From Arcobacter sp. (GTDB lineage: Bacteria; Campylobacterota; Campylobacteria; Campylobacterales; Arcobacteraceae): a stretch of DNA of 61,353 bases. A program made the position numbers and the translations under genes. The DNA is taken from contig CBFIGT010000002.1 in NCBI GenBank assembly GCA_965662175.1, positions 1-61,353 of the forward strand, given 5' to 3'. Shown here piece after piece: positions 1 to 10,211 of the stretch. Every line of letters starts with the position of its first letter. The first letter of the stretch is position 1. The notes below the pieces were generated by a model, which was not told where the DNA came from, searched no databases, and saw only the letters and a list, made by a program, of their open reading frames with translations.

Positions 1-119
1 AAATATCTCATGATTACATCATAAAACACATTTAAAATCATAAGCACCATTGCAATAGCTGTAATACTTCCGATAAAATCAGCAAATTTATCAAAAGCTC
101 TTTCTAATTTTAACAACAT
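1..119 (-). CDS. dctQ: TRAP transporter small permease DctQ (5' part, runs off window)
   Basis: Not in ORF track. AAGGA SD then ATG at 119; reads MLLKLERAFDKFADFIGSITAIAMVLMILNVFYDVIMRYF with the DctQ 'xVxxRY' motif; directly downstream of dctP. Confidence 0.85.
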   Translation of the reverse strand, partial: MLLKLERAFDKFADFIGSITAIAMVLMILNVFYDVIMRY

Positions 120-142
120 TAAAATTCCTTTGGGGTTTTCAA

Positions 143-218
143 ATAAGTCAGATAAATATACTTTAAAAGTATATTTATGTTACTTATAACAGGTTTAATC
201 CCTAAAAAGGGATTAAAC
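143..218 (-). terminator. Two stem-loops between dctP and dctQ (143-187 and 193-218)
   Basis: ATAAATATACTTT/AAAGTATATTTAT and GTTTAATCCC/GGGATTAAAC inverted repeats; typical attenuating or stabilising hairpins after a binding-protein gene. Confidence 0.6.
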
Positions 219-225
219 AATTTTC

Positions 226-1299
226 TTATAAATTATCTTTTAAATATAAGTAATCTGACATTTCAGTCCATTTTCTAGCTTTCTTTTGGTAAGCTTCTTG
301 AGAATCTAAAATCTCTTTTAATAATGGTTGTCCTTTTACTATTTCAGCTCTTAACTCTTTATTAGTTTGTTTTAAAGCATCCATAACTTCTTTTGGAAAT
401 GTTTTAATTTTAATATTTGGATATTCACTTATCATTTTAGACCAAGCTTCAGCACTCATATGATAGTTTTGAATATACATATCATAAGCACTTACTCTCA
501 TCGCTGTTACTAAAATCTCTTGTAAATCTTTTGGAAGTTTATTAAATGCTCTTTCATTTACTAAAAACTGTAAATCTAATCCTGGTTCATGCCATCCTGT
601 ATAGTAGTATGGTGCAACTTTATGGAACCCCATATTAATATCCATTCCAGGTCCAACCCACTCTAGTGCATCAATTGTTCCTCTTTCTAGTGAAGTATAT
701 AATTCACCCGGAGCAATATTTGTAACAGTAAGTCCTAATTTTGCCATAACTTCTCCAGCAAAACCTGGGATTCTCATTTTAAGACCTTTTAAATCATCAA
801 CAGTGTTGATTTCTTTTCTAAACCATCCACCCATTTGATTTCCACTACTTCCCCCAGGGAAAGATAAAACTTTATGTTTTGCATAAGTTTTTTTCATAAG
901 TTCCATACCACCACCGTGATAGAACCAAGCATATTGTTCAGGTGTAGTCAGACCAAAAGGCATAGTACTAAAAGGCATAGTATTAATATCTTTACCTTTC
1001 CAATAATATGATGCAGAGTGACCCATATCATATTGTCCACCTTTAACCATATCTAAAATTCCAAATGCAGATTTGTGTTTGTTAGAAGCATCAACTCTTA
1101 TTTGAAGTCTTCCATCAGACATCTTTTCTACCATTTCAGCCATTTTTGTAGGTGCATCAATAAATGGTGATAAAGTAGGCCCCCAAGTTGTTGCTAATTT
1201 CCACTTGTATACTTTTTCAGCTGCCATAGAAGCTGTTCCTAGACCTGCAAGTAATGCAGATGCTACAAGAAGTTTAGTTGTTTTACCAAACATTTTCAT
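226..1299 (-). CDS. dctP: TRAP transporter substrate-binding protein DctP (TakP-like, alpha-keto/hydroxy acid class)
   Basis: Signal peptide; GNQMGGWFRKEINTVDDLKGLKMRIPG and LERGTIDALEW motifs. Confidence 0.92.
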   Translation of the reverse strand: MKMFGKTTKLLVASALLAGLGTASMAAEKVYKWKLATTWGPTLSPFIDAPTKMAEMVEKMSDGRLQIRVDASNKHKSAFGILDMVKGGQYDMGHSASYYWKGKDINTMPFSTMPFGLTTPEQYAWFYHGGGMELMKKTYAKHKVLSFPGGSSGNQMGGWFRKEINTVDDLKGLKMRIPGFAGEVMAKLGLTVTNIAPGELYTSLERGTIDALEWVGPGMDINMGFHKVAPYYYTGWHEPGLDLQFLVNERAFNKLPKDLQEILVTAMRVSAYDMYIQNYHMSAEAWSKMISEYPNIKIKTFPKEVMDALKQTNKELRAEIVKGQPLLKEILDSQEAYQKKARKWTEMSDYLYLKDNL

Positions 1300-1327
1300 A
1301 TATTCTCCTTTTTGTTTGTTCGAAATT

Positions 1328-1362
1328 ATTCTAACTTGTAAATATGATATTAAAATGATATT
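1328..1362 (-). promoter_or_regulatory. dctP promoter: -10 TAGAAT plus AATATCAT direct repeat (11-bp period)
   Basis: ATGATATT at 1344 and 1355 (+ strand); OmpR-type tandem site upstream of the -10 at 1328-1333. Confidence 0.5.
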
Positions 1363-1388
1363 TTTCTTTTTTTATGTATAAATTATGT

Positions 1389-2036
1389 TTAATCTTCTAT
1401 TTTAAATATGTATCCTGTATCAACTACTGTTTGAATATACTCTTTATTTAATAGTTTTCTAAGTCGTCTAATTAAACTTCTAATTGATTCTAAAGAGACA
1501 AAACTCCCCTCCCAAACATAGTTTTCAATCTCTTCATATGAGATAATTTGATTTTTTTTAGTTAAAAAAAGATTTAAAAGTAGTCTCTCTTTTTTGGTTA
1601 ATCTTAGTTGTTCTTCATTTATTAGAAGTAAAGAGGATTTAAAATCAAAGAAACAGTTTTTATCAAACTGGATTTTTTCATCTTTTATTTTACAAAGTCT
1701 TTCTATTTTTATCTCTAATTCATCTATAAAAAATGGTTTTTTTAAATAATCATTACAACCTATATCATACGAAGCTTTAATTATATCAAGTTCAACAGTT
1801 GAGCTAATAATAATTACAGGTATATCACTATAATACTCTCTAATTCTTTTTAATATTTTTATTCCATCTACATTTGGAACATTTATATCCAATAAAAAAC
1901 AACTATATCCATTTGTAATAGCATCCATTGCTTCTTGGCCATCAAGAAAAGCATCAACTTTATAGCCCTTTAGTTTAAGTCTTTTTGTTATAGTTTTATT
2001 TAACTTTTCATTATCTTCTAAAAGTAGAATCTTCAT
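1389..2036 (-). CDS. OmpR-family response regulator
   Basis: Receiver (LLEDN, LLDINVP, KPF) plus winged helix (RLRK...TGY). Confidence 0.93.
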   Translation of the reverse strand: MKILLLEDNEKLNKTITKRLKLKGYKVDAFLDGQEAMDAITNGYSCFLLDINVPNVDGIKILKRIREYYSDIPVIIISSTVELDIIKASYDIGCNDYLKKPFFIDELEIKIERLCKIKDEKIQFDKNCFFDFKSSLLLINEEQLRLTKKERLLLNLFLTKKNQIISYEEIENYVWEGSFVSLESIRSLIRRLRKLLNKEYIQTVVDTGYIFKIED

Positions 2037-4225
2037 AAATCTCCTTTATTTATAGGCATTTTAATTGTAAAAATCACATTTGTCTCATCATTTCTTACAT
2101 AAATCTGTCCTTGCATTTTATCTTCAATAATAACTTTTGCCATATAAAGACCAATACCCGTACCCTCTTTTTTTGTTGTAAAATATGGGTCAAAAATTGA
2201 GTGAATAATATTTTCATCAATTTCACCTGCATTATCAATTATTTCAATAATATTTGAACTACTATTTTTATATACATTGATTGTAATTTTATTTTTATCT
2301 TTAATATTTAGTTCTGTAATTTTGTTTTTTGCATTATTTAAAAGGTTTAAAAGTACTTGTTTAAACTCATTTTTATATCCAAAAATAAAAAAATCATCCA
2401 CATCTTTTTGATAATTAATACTTAAATCAATATTACAATAGAAGAGTTGTTTACTAATTATTTCTAAAATATCATCAAAAGACTCTTTTATAGAGAACTC
2501 TATTTTTTTTGTTGAGGGTTTTAAAAAGTTTCTAAAATCACTTAAGGTTTGAGACATATATTGTATTTGAACCATTGAATCATTTACAAACTCTTCCACA
2601 TCTTTTGTTTGTAACTCCTCTAACATATATGAGGTTTGCATATCTTGGATTAAAGCTGATAGTTCAACAAGTGGTTCATTCCATTGGTGAGCAATTGCAG
2701 CTACCATATCTCCCATTTCAGCCAATTTTGCTTGTTGGATTAAAAACTGTTTTTGTTGCACACGCTCTGTAATATCATCCATAATACAAACAATTCCTCC
2801 AATATTTCCATTTATATCCTCATAAGCTGCCTTATTCAAAATAAAATATTTCATTTGAAGATTTGAAAAGTGAAGTGTGATTTCTGATATATCTGTTATT
2901 TGCTCTTTTAAAATCTTTGCATCAATTGCAACATTTCTTTGGGCTATCTCTTTTGGAAAAAAATCAAAAGCTGTTTTTCCTATTACCTCTTTTCTTGAGG
3001 TATTAAAAAGTTTTGCAAAGGCATCATTACAACCTATTAGTTTTCCATCTCTATTTTTATAATAAATTGCATGGGGAATAGTATTTAATAAAACTTTTTC
3101 AAATTTAAGCTGATTTGATAACTCATTTTCAACTTTTTTTCTTCTTTGGATATTTGCTTTCATCATAACTACTAAAATACTTAGTGTAAAAATGATTAAA
3201 ATAGTTATAACAACTAGTTTTGTATGTTTTTTATAAAGTGAGTCTGGTTCATTTATAATTTCATACTCATTAATATAAGGTTCTATATTTATATTAAATC
3301 TTTTTAATTCATTATAATCAAAGATATATCTATTTGGGGATTTTTCTAAAATTGGAATCTCTTTTATACTTTTCCCATTTAAAACCTGTAGTGCCATATC
3401 TGAAACACTATCTCCTTGAGCTTTTGCTGATGTTAAAAGTCCACCTACAATTCCATAGTTTAAATAAAAATCCCATAATCCATATATTGGATTTTTACTT
3501 GCCTCTTTTATTTGTTTAAAGCTTTGTTTATAAGTAAAATATTTTCCTGTAGTATCTTTAAATAAAAGTACAAAAAGTAAAACATCCTCTTTATCTAGAT
3601 TTTTTACTCTTTTCTTTAAGTGCTCAATCTCTTCTTTATCAATATACTCAATATTGAACTTGTTTTTATACTTTTCAATTATTGGTCTTAAATCACGTTT
3701 TACAGCATAACCTGTTTTTGAACGGTCATTAATAATGATTAAATTTTTCATTTTGGGATGAAGTCTTGAGATTAATTCAAAGTTTTTTTCTATATCAACT
3801 TGTTCTACAACCCCTGACATAAACTCTTTTATATTATTTTCATCAAGTAATGCTCTATCAAAGTTATTAATTCCACAAAAAAGTATAGGTAAACCTTTAA
3901 AAAGGTATTCATGATATTTTATTGCAAATTCAAAGGCATTATTATCACTTACAATGACTAAATCAAATTTTCTATTTGAGAGTTGTTCTTTATATAAGTT
4001 AGCTAGTTTTTGTAAATATATGGGATCAAGAATTCTTTTTGTATCCATATACATGGTTGTAAGTTGAATATTATCATAGTTGGCAAATTTTTCTTCAATA
4101 GCTTTTGAAATATCATCTGTCCACTTGTACTCTTTGTGGTACGAGTGGAGAAGAAGTACCTCTTTATCATTTGAGGCGTTTAAGATTGTTAATAAAAATA
4201 TTAAAAAGAGTAGTATTTTTTTCAT
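2033..4225 (-). CDS. Sensor histidine kinase: periplasmic ABC-type substrate-binding domain, PAS, HisKA, HATPase
   Basis: VLLLHSYH periplasmic domain, TM helix, PAS (GCNDAF), H-box IAHQWNEPL, G-box GTGIGLY. Confidence 0.92.
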   Translation of the reverse strand: MKKILLFLIFLLTILNASNDKEVLLLHSYHKEYKWTDDISKAIEEKFANYDNIQLTTMYMDTKRILDPIYLQKLANLYKEQLSNRKFDLVIVSDNNAFEFAIKYHEYLFKGLPILFCGINNFDRALLDENNIKEFMSGVVEQVDIEKNFELISRLHPKMKNLIIINDRSKTGYAVKRDLRPIIEKYKNKFNIEYIDKEEIEHLKKRVKNLDKEDVLLFVLLFKDTTGKYFTYKQSFKQIKEASKNPIYGLWDFYLNYGIVGGLLTSAKAQGDSVSDMALQVLNGKSIKEIPILEKSPNRYIFDYNELKRFNINIEPYINEYEIINEPDSLYKKHTKLVVITILIIFTLSILVVMMKANIQRRKKVENELSNQLKFEKVLLNTIPHAIYYKNRDGKLIGCNDAFAKLFNTSRKEVIGKTAFDFFPKEIAQRNVAIDAKILKEQITDISEITLHFSNLQMKYFILNKAAYEDINGNIGGIVCIMDDITERVQQKQFLIQQAKLAEMGDMVAAIAHQWNEPLVELSALIQDMQTSYMLEELQTKDVEEFVNDSMVQIQYMSQTLSDFRNFLKPSTKKIEFSIKESFDDILEIISKQLFYCNIDLSINYQKDVDDFFIFGYKNEFKQVLLNLLNNAKNKITELNIKDKNKITINVYKNSSSNIIEIIDNAGEIDENIIHSIFDPYFTTKKEGTGIGLYMAKVIIEDKMQGQIYVRNDETNVIFTIKMPINKGDL

Positions 4226-4242
4226 GATGTTAAATTATAACA

Positions 4243-4827
4243 TTATTCTACAAAAATAACATATCCTGATTTTGGACCATGTGCTCCTATTACTAATGAT
4301 TGTTCAATATCTGCTGTTTTTGAAGGACCTGAAACAAAAGCACCCCAACCTGCATTTTCAAACTCAATTTTTTCATAAGCTTCATGCATATTATTTACAA
4401 TATCATTTTTATTTACAACAATAATAATATTTTGAGCTATAAAATATAAACTTCTATGTCTATTATTTTCGTTTTTTATCCAAACAGCACCATTTTCAGC
4501 AACAGCAAAACAGCCCTTCACAATTGCTAAATCAATATCTTTTAGATTATGGGCATCATCTTCTTCATTTGCATCAAAGTTACTTAAAGAGCACTCTTTA
4601 ACATTTGAATAAACTACCCCTAACTCTTCATATAAAGCTTTTATAGTTTCATCTAAACTCTCTTTTTTAATACTAAGAGATTCTCCTCCAACACTTTTTA
4701 TAATTTCAGCAAATTTTTCAAATTTATTCTCAAATTTTATTCCAAAATCACTATATTCAGGAAGGATTTCATCTTTTACAATGTTATTTGATTTTATTGC
4801 ATTTAATATTTCATTTCTACTTGACAT
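4243..4827 (-). CDS. lutC: Lactate utilisation protein LutC/YkgG (LUD domain)
   Basis: AVAENGAVW and SGPSKTADIEQSLVIGAHGP motifs; in lut operon. Confidence 0.9.
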   Translation of the reverse strand: MSSRNEILNAIKSNNIVKDEILPEYSDFGIKFENKFEKFAEIIKSVGGESLSIKKESLDETIKALYEELGVVYSNVKECSLSNFDANEEDDAHNLKDIDLAIVKGCFAVAENGAVWIKNENNRHRSLYFIAQNIIIVVNKNDIVNNMHEAYEKIEFENAGWGAFVSGPSKTADIEQSLVIGAHGPKSGYVIFVE

Positions 4828-6191
4828 TATGAATCCTTTCTTTGTTTATATAACTCTTTAAATGAGTTTTTAGGTATTTTTGGAATATCTCTTTGTTTTC
4901 CCCAAACATTTGCTTTTGAATAGATAATTGAATCAGGAAGCATAGGAACTACTTTTCTCATAATTTTTCCACCAAGATTAAAAATAGTTGGATGGTCCAT
5001 TACCCAAGAAGTTATTTTCATAGCAACTGCTTTTTTTGTATCAATTAAATGTTTTTTTGCCATATCTTGTCTATGGGCATAAAGTTGTGAATCCAAATCA
5101 ATTTTTACAGGACATACATTTGTACAAGATGAACAAAGAGTACAAGCAAAAGGAAGTGATTTATGTTCTTGGGGATTTCTAAATGCCCCTAAAGTAGAAC
5201 CAATTGGTCCTGGAATTACATATTTATATGAATGCCCACCACTTCTTCTATAAATAGGACAGGTATTCATACAAGCTCCACATCTAATACAGTTGAGTGA
5301 TTTTTGGTAAGTTTCATCTGCTAAAAATGGAGTTCTTTTATTATCAACTATTACAATATGCATCTCTCCACCCTCAATTGGTCCATGAAAGTGTGAAGTA
5401 TATGAAGTAATAGCTTGACCTGTTGCACTACGTGCAAGTAGTCGTGTAAATACAGATAAATCTTTAAGTCTTGGAATAACCTTTTCAATTCCCATAGAAG
5501 CAATATGAAGTTTAGGAACCGATGCTCCCATATCCGCATTTCCTTCATTTGTACAAACAACAACTCCACCTGTTTCACTTATTGCAAAGTTAACACCTGT
5601 AAGTCCAGCTTGTGCTGTTAGGAAATCCTCTCTTAAACTAGCTCTTGCAGCACGAGTTAGATAAGTTGGGTCATCATTTCCTTTTTCAGTCCCTAAATGT
5701 TCATGGAAAGTATCTGATACATCCATTTTTTTAAGGTGAATGGCAGGTAGAACTATATGTGATGGTGGTTCATTTCTAAGTTGAACAATTCGCTCACCTA
5801 AATCTGTATCAATAACTTCAATTCCTCTTTGCTCTAAATATGGATTTAAATGACACTCTTCTGTTAACATAGATTTTGATTTTACTAATTTTGTTACATT
5901 TTTAGCTGCTAATATTTCATGAACTATTTTATTATGCTCTTGTGCATCTTTTGCCCAATGAACAATAATTCCTTTTTTATTTGCATTTTTTTCAAACTCT
6001 TCTAAATAGTGAGCTAGATTGTGCATAGTGTGAGTTTTTATACTGTTTGCATACTCTCTTAGTTTTTCCCACTCAGGAATACCTTTACTAGCTACATCTC
6101 TTTTTTGTCTAACAAACCATAATGCCTTATCATGCCAATGCATTCTCTCATCATTGGCTACAAATTTTTCAGCTTCTTCTGGATGACTCAT
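4827..6191 (-). CDS. lutB: Lactate utilisation Fe-S protein LutB/YkgF
   Basis: VKSKSMLTEE, TDLGE, PSHIVLPAIH, CIRCGAC..C and CTLCSSC..VCP. Confidence 0.93.
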   Translation of the reverse strand: MSHPEEAEKFVANDERMHWHDKALWFVRQKRDVASKGIPEWEKLREYANSIKTHTMHNLAHYLEEFEKNANKKGIIVHWAKDAQEHNKIVHEILAAKNVTKLVKSKSMLTEECHLNPYLEQRGIEVIDTDLGERIVQLRNEPPSHIVLPAIHLKKMDVSDTFHEHLGTEKGNDDPTYLTRAARASLREDFLTAQAGLTGVNFAISETGGVVVCTNEGNADMGASVPKLHIASMGIEKVIPRLKDLSVFTRLLARSATGQAITSYTSHFHGPIEGGEMHIVIVDNKRTPFLADETYQKSLNCIRCGACMNTCPIYRRSGGHSYKYVIPGPIGSTLGAFRNPQEHKSLPFACTLCSSCTNVCPVKIDLDSQLYAHRQDMAKKHLIDTKKAVAMKITSWVMDHPTIFNLGGKIMRKVVPMLPDSIIYSKANVWGKQRDIPKIPKNSFKELYKQRKDS

Positions 6192-6931
6192 AATGTTTCT
6201 CCTAAAAGTATTTCACTAATATGCATAACTTTTATTGGATTTTTATCCCTATTGATAATTCCCTCCATGTGCATTAAACAAGACATATCAGCACCTGTCA
6301 TAACTTCAACTTTTGAATCCATATGGTCTTTTATTCTATCTTTTCCCATAGCAACAGAAATAGCCTCTTCAGTTACACAAAATGTACCTCCAAAACCACA
6401 ACACTCATCATCTCTATTTAAATCAACTAACTCAATACCTTTTACTTTTGATAAAAGATTTTTTAGTTTATTAAATGGTGTAATATTTAATTCACTTGCA
6501 CTTCCAAGTTTTAAAACCCTATGCCCATGACAAGAGTTATGAACTCCAACTTTATAATTAAATGTTGAATCAAAGCTCTCTACTTTGATAATATCATGTA
6601 AAAATTCTGTAATTTCATAAATTGATGTTTTTATTTTTTCATAGTTTTTATTGTCTTGAAAAAATGGTTCATAATGCTCTTTTACCATAGTTACACAAGA
6701 ACCACTAGGTGCTACAATATAATCATATTTTTTAAATGTATTTACAAATCTGTGTGCTAATTTTTCAACATCCTTACTGCAACCTGAGTTTGCCATAGGT
6801 TGTCCACAACAAGTCTGTTCCAAGGGATATTCTACATCTAAATTTAATTTTTCTAAAAGTTTTAAAGTTGCCATTGAGCTTTCAGGGTAAAGCTCGTTCA
6901 TAAAGCAAGGTATAAATAGTCCTATTTTCAT
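6188..6931 (-). CDS. lutA: Lactate utilisation CCG-domain protein LutA/YkgE
   Basis: QTCCGQP and ECCGFGGTF CCG motifs. Confidence 0.93.
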   Translation of the reverse strand: MKIGLFIPCFMNELYPESSMATLKLLEKLNLDVEYPLEQTCCGQPMANSGCSKDVEKLAHRFVNTFKKYDYIVAPSGSCVTMVKEHYEPFFQDNKNYEKIKTSIYEITEFLHDIIKVESFDSTFNYKVGVHNSCHGHRVLKLGSASELNITPFNKLKNLLSKVKGIELVDLNRDDECCGFGGTFCVTEEAISVAMGKDRIKDHMDSKVEVMTGADMSCLMHMEGIINRDKNPIKVMHISEILLGETL

Positions 6932-6994
6932 AAAAACTCCTCATTTGATAAGGAAGTATATAAAAATGGTATAACAAAGATATGATATTTTTTT

Positions 6995-7555
6995 CTATTT
7001 TTTCATAAAAATTGTAAAATCATTATTTAAATAGTTCTCTTTTAGTATCACTTCCTTTGAAAGATTTTGACAATATAAATAGACATCAAAAATAGTTAAG
7101 TTATGTACAAAAGATTCAGTAAGGGAGTTAAATATAAAACCTTTTGTGGATTGTTTATAGCACTTCTGTATTGCTTCTAAATAATTATCTTCATTTAAAA
7201 TATTTAAAGCTCCACTGCAAACATAATAATCAGCTTTTGGTAAATCATCTTTTAAAATATTTTTTTGTAAAAATATAGAGTTTGGAAATCGTTTTTTTGT
7301 AATATTTAAAATAAACTCTTCACAATCAATTCCTATATATGATTTAGGAAAGAGAAAACTTTTTTGAATATAGGTAATTAAATCCCCATATCCGCAACCC
7401 ACATCTAATATAGTTGTATTTTCTATATCATTTTTTATAAAATCCAATAAAACTTCAAACCTAATAAATTGTCGCTTTGAAGAGCTCCATTTTAGACCTT
7501 TTGCACTTACACCATATTTTTTATATGCATTATAGTAAAAAGAGTGATTATCCAT
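6995..7555 (-). CDS. Class I SAM-dependent methyltransferase
   Basis: ILDVGCGYG motif I. Confidence 0.85.
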   Translation of the reverse strand: MDNHSFYYNAYKKYGVSAKGLKWSSSKRQFIRFEVLLDFIKNDIENTTILDVGCGYGDLITYIQKSFLFPKSYIGIDCEEFILNITKKRFPNSIFLQKNILKDDLPKADYYVCSGALNILNEDNYLEAIQKCYKQSTKGFIFNSLTESFVHNLTIFDVYLYCQNLSKEVILKENYLNNDFTIFMKK

Positions 7556-7563
7556 AAAAAACT

Positions 7564-7998
7564 TTATTTAATTTTTTCAATTAAAACTTTATTATCTTTT
7601 AGAAATTTTGAAACAATCTCAGAGTTTGTGTGTTCATAAGCTCTATCATAAACTATTCTTTTAATACCTGCTGCTATTAAATTTTTTGAACACTCGCTAC
7701 AAGGCTCTAGGGTTACATAAATTGTAGCATCTTCAATACTTATTCCTTTTCTAGCTGCCCAAATAATTGCATTCATTTCAGCATGAATTTCATAAGTTTT
7801 TGACCACTCATGGTGATCTTTTGTATACTCGCCATTCCAGTGATCTTTACAATTTATATACCCAGCTGGAGTTCCATTGTAGCCTGTTGATAATATTCTT
7901 CCATCTTTTACAATAACAGCGCCTACTTGCTTTGAAACACATTTTGAAGCACTCGCTATTTCATGGGCAATATTTATAAAATTCCTGTCGCTTATCAT
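7564..7998 (-). CDS. dCMP deaminase family protein
   Basis: HAEMNA and PCSEC zinc ligands; TGYNG motif. Confidence 0.92.
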   Translation of the reverse strand: MISDRNFINIAHEIASASKCVSKQVGAVIVKDGRILSTGYNGTPAGYINCKDHWNGEYTKDHHEWSKTYEIHAEMNAIIWAARKGISIEDATIYVTLEPCSECSKNLIAAGIKRIVYDRAYEHTNSEIVSKFLKDNKVLIEKIK

Positions 7999-8186
7999 TT
8001 TGTCCTACTCTAATTTTAAAATTTCAAAAATCTAAATTTTTATTAAAAATAGTCAAATTTTATTAAAAATTAGTAAAAAATGTACTAATAATGTCAAAAA
8101 ATACCAAAATCTTTAAAATTTCAATTTATCACATTTTTATAGTTTTTTTTGTATTATACCTTAAATTTTTCAAAAAAAGGCTTGAG

Positions 8187-8648
8187 ATGGAATTTAAAGA
8201 TATAAAAGAATTAATTAGATTATTTGATAAAAGTGAGTTAAATAAACTTAAAATAAAAGATGGTGAATTTGAGATTAGTATGCAAACTGGTTTTGAGGGT
8301 GGTGCTGTTGTAACAACTTCTGCTCCATCAGTACAAACAGTTCAATCAGCTCCTGCTCCTCTTACTGTTGCTGCACCTGTTGCTACAGAACTTGCACCTG
8401 CTGCTAGCGGTGATACAATTAACTCTCCAATGGTGGGAACTTTTTATGCTTCACCATCTCCTGAGTCACCTGCATTTGTTAAAGCTGGAGATACAGTTAA
8501 AGCTGGACAAACATTATGTATATTAGAAGCTATGAAAATTATGAATGAGGTTGAAGCTGAATTTGATTGTAAGATAGTTGAAGTTTTAGTTCAAGACTCT
8601 GACCCTGTTGAATATGATATGCCACTTTACGTTGTAGAAAAATTATAA
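8187..8648 (+). CDS. accB: Acetyl-CoA carboxylase biotin carboxyl carrier protein
   Basis: EAMKIMN biotinylation motif; start reassigned from 8091 to ATG 8187 (MEFKDIKELI) behind AAAAGG. Confidence 0.95.
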   Translation: MEFKDIKELIRLFDKSELNKLKIKDGEFEISMQTGFEGGAVVTTSAPSVQTVQSAPAPLTVAAPVATELAPAASGDTINSPMVGTFYASPSPESPAFVKAGDTVKAGQTLCILEAMKIMNEVEAEFDCKIVEVLVQDSDPVEYDMPLYVVEKL

Positions 8649-8660
8649 GAAAGATAAATT

Positions 8661-10013
8661 ATGGCAGAAATAAAAAAAATCTTAATAGCTAATAGGGGAG
8701 AAATTGTTCAAAGAGCAATTAGAACTATTAGAGAGATGGGTAAAAAATCAGTTGCAGTTTATAGTGCTGGTGATAAAGAAGCATCTTATTTAAAACATGC
8801 TGATGAGGCTGTTTGTATTGGTGGTGCTAAATCATCTGACTCTTACTTAAATATCCCAGCAATAATAACAGCTGCTGAGATGACAGGTTGTGATGCAATT
8901 TTTCCAGGTTATGGTTTCTTATCTGAAAATCAAGATTTTGTAGAGATTTGTAGATTACATAATATTAAATTTATAGGTCCATCTGTTGAAGTTATGGAAA
9001 AGATGGCTGATAAATCAAAAGCAAAAGAAGAGATGATTAGAGCTGGAGTTCCAGTAGTTCCAGGAAGTGATGGAGCTGTTCATAGTGTTGATGAGGGAAG
9101 AAGAGTAGCACGTGAAATTGGATATCCAATTATGGCTAAAGCTAGCGCTGGTGGTGGTGGTAGAGGTATGAGACTTATTGAAAGTGAAGATAAGTTCGAC
9201 CAACTATTTACAGCCGCATCAAGTGAAGCATTAGCAGCCTTTGGTGATGGAACTATGTATTTAGAGAGATTTATCAATAACCCAAGACATATTGAAGTTC
9301 AAGTTGTTGGGGATTCTCATGGAAATGCAATTCATATTGGGGAGAGAGATTGTTCACTACAAAGAAGACATCAAAAAGTTATTGAAGAATCACCTGCTAT
9401 TTTATTAAATGATGAAACAAGAGCTAAACTTCATGATGTTGCTGTTAAAGCAACTAAATATTTAAATTATGAGGGTGCTGGAACTTTTGAATTTTTAGCT
9501 GATGATAAACAAAATATCTATTTTATGGAGATGAATACAAGACTTCAAGTTGAGCATCCTGTTTCTGAAATGGTATCTGGAATTGATATTGTTGAACTTA
9601 TGATAAAAGTAGCTGAGGGTGAAAAAGTTCCTCCTCAAGAAAAAATCAAATTCAGAGGTCACGCTATTGAGTGTAGAATTACAGCTGAAGATCCAAATAC
9701 ATTTTTACCAAGTCCTGGAAAAATCACTCAATGGATGGTTCCAGGTGGAAGAAATGTAAGAGTTGACTCTCATATTTATACAAACTATGTAGTACCTCCA
9801 TATTATGACTCTATGATTGGAAAACTTATTGTTTGGGGAAGAGATAGAGAAAAAGCTATTAATATTATGAAAAGAGCTTTAAATGAGTTTGAAGTTTATG
9901 GTATTAAAACTACTATTCCTTTTCATATTAGAATGATGGAAAATGAAGATTTTGTTTCAAATAATTATGATACAAAATATCTAGAAAACTATAAAGGTCT
10001 AGGTGATATCTAG
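8661..10013 (+). CDS. accC: Biotin carboxylase
   Basis: IANRGEI, GGGGRG, EMNTRLQVEH, YYDSMIGK. Confidence 0.97.
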   Translation: MAEIKKILIANRGEIVQRAIRTIREMGKKSVAVYSAGDKEASYLKHADEAVCIGGAKSSDSYLNIPAIITAAEMTGCDAIFPGYGFLSENQDFVEICRLHNIKFIGPSVEVMEKMADKSKAKEEMIRAGVPVVPGSDGAVHSVDEGRRVAREIGYPIMAKASAGGGGRGMRLIESEDKFDQLFTAASSEALAAFGDGTMYLERFINNPRHIEVQVVGDSHGNAIHIGERDCSLQRRHQKVIEESPAILLNDETRAKLHDVAVKATKYLNYEGAGTFEFLADDKQNIYFMEMNTRLQVEHPVSEMVSGIDIVELMIKVAEGEKVPPQEKIKFRGHAIECRITAEDPNTFLPSPGKITQWMVPGGRNVRVDSHIYTNYVVPPYYDSMIGKLIVWGRDREKAINIMKRALNEFEVYGIKTTIPFHIRMMENEDFVSNNYDTKYLENYKGLGDI

Positions 10014-10038
10014 CAAAAAAGCTTTAAGCTTTTTTGCT
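10012..10038 (+). terminator. Intrinsic terminator after accC
   Basis: AGCAAAAAAGCT-TTA-AGCTTTTTTGCT inverted repeat. Confidence 0.7.
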
Positions 10039-10211
10039 TAAAGCTTAAACTAATCTTTTATTGTGTATAATCCGGCAAATATACACAAATATATACTTAT
10101 TACTCACTCATTTAGTTACTGCATTATCTTTTTTTAACTAAACTGTTTTATCAAGTTTGAATACTTTAGTTTTAGATATATACGTGTATATAAAATACAC
10201 AAAGGTAATTA

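Noticed and set aside
8034..8074. TTTTATTAAAAAT repeat with 20-bp period between divergent genes
   Set aside because: Almost all A/T; not distinguishable from background or promoter periodicity.
8091..8186. N-terminal extension of accB in the ORF track
   Set aside because: Promoter-like AT-rich DNA; the AccB-like sequence begins at ATG 8187.
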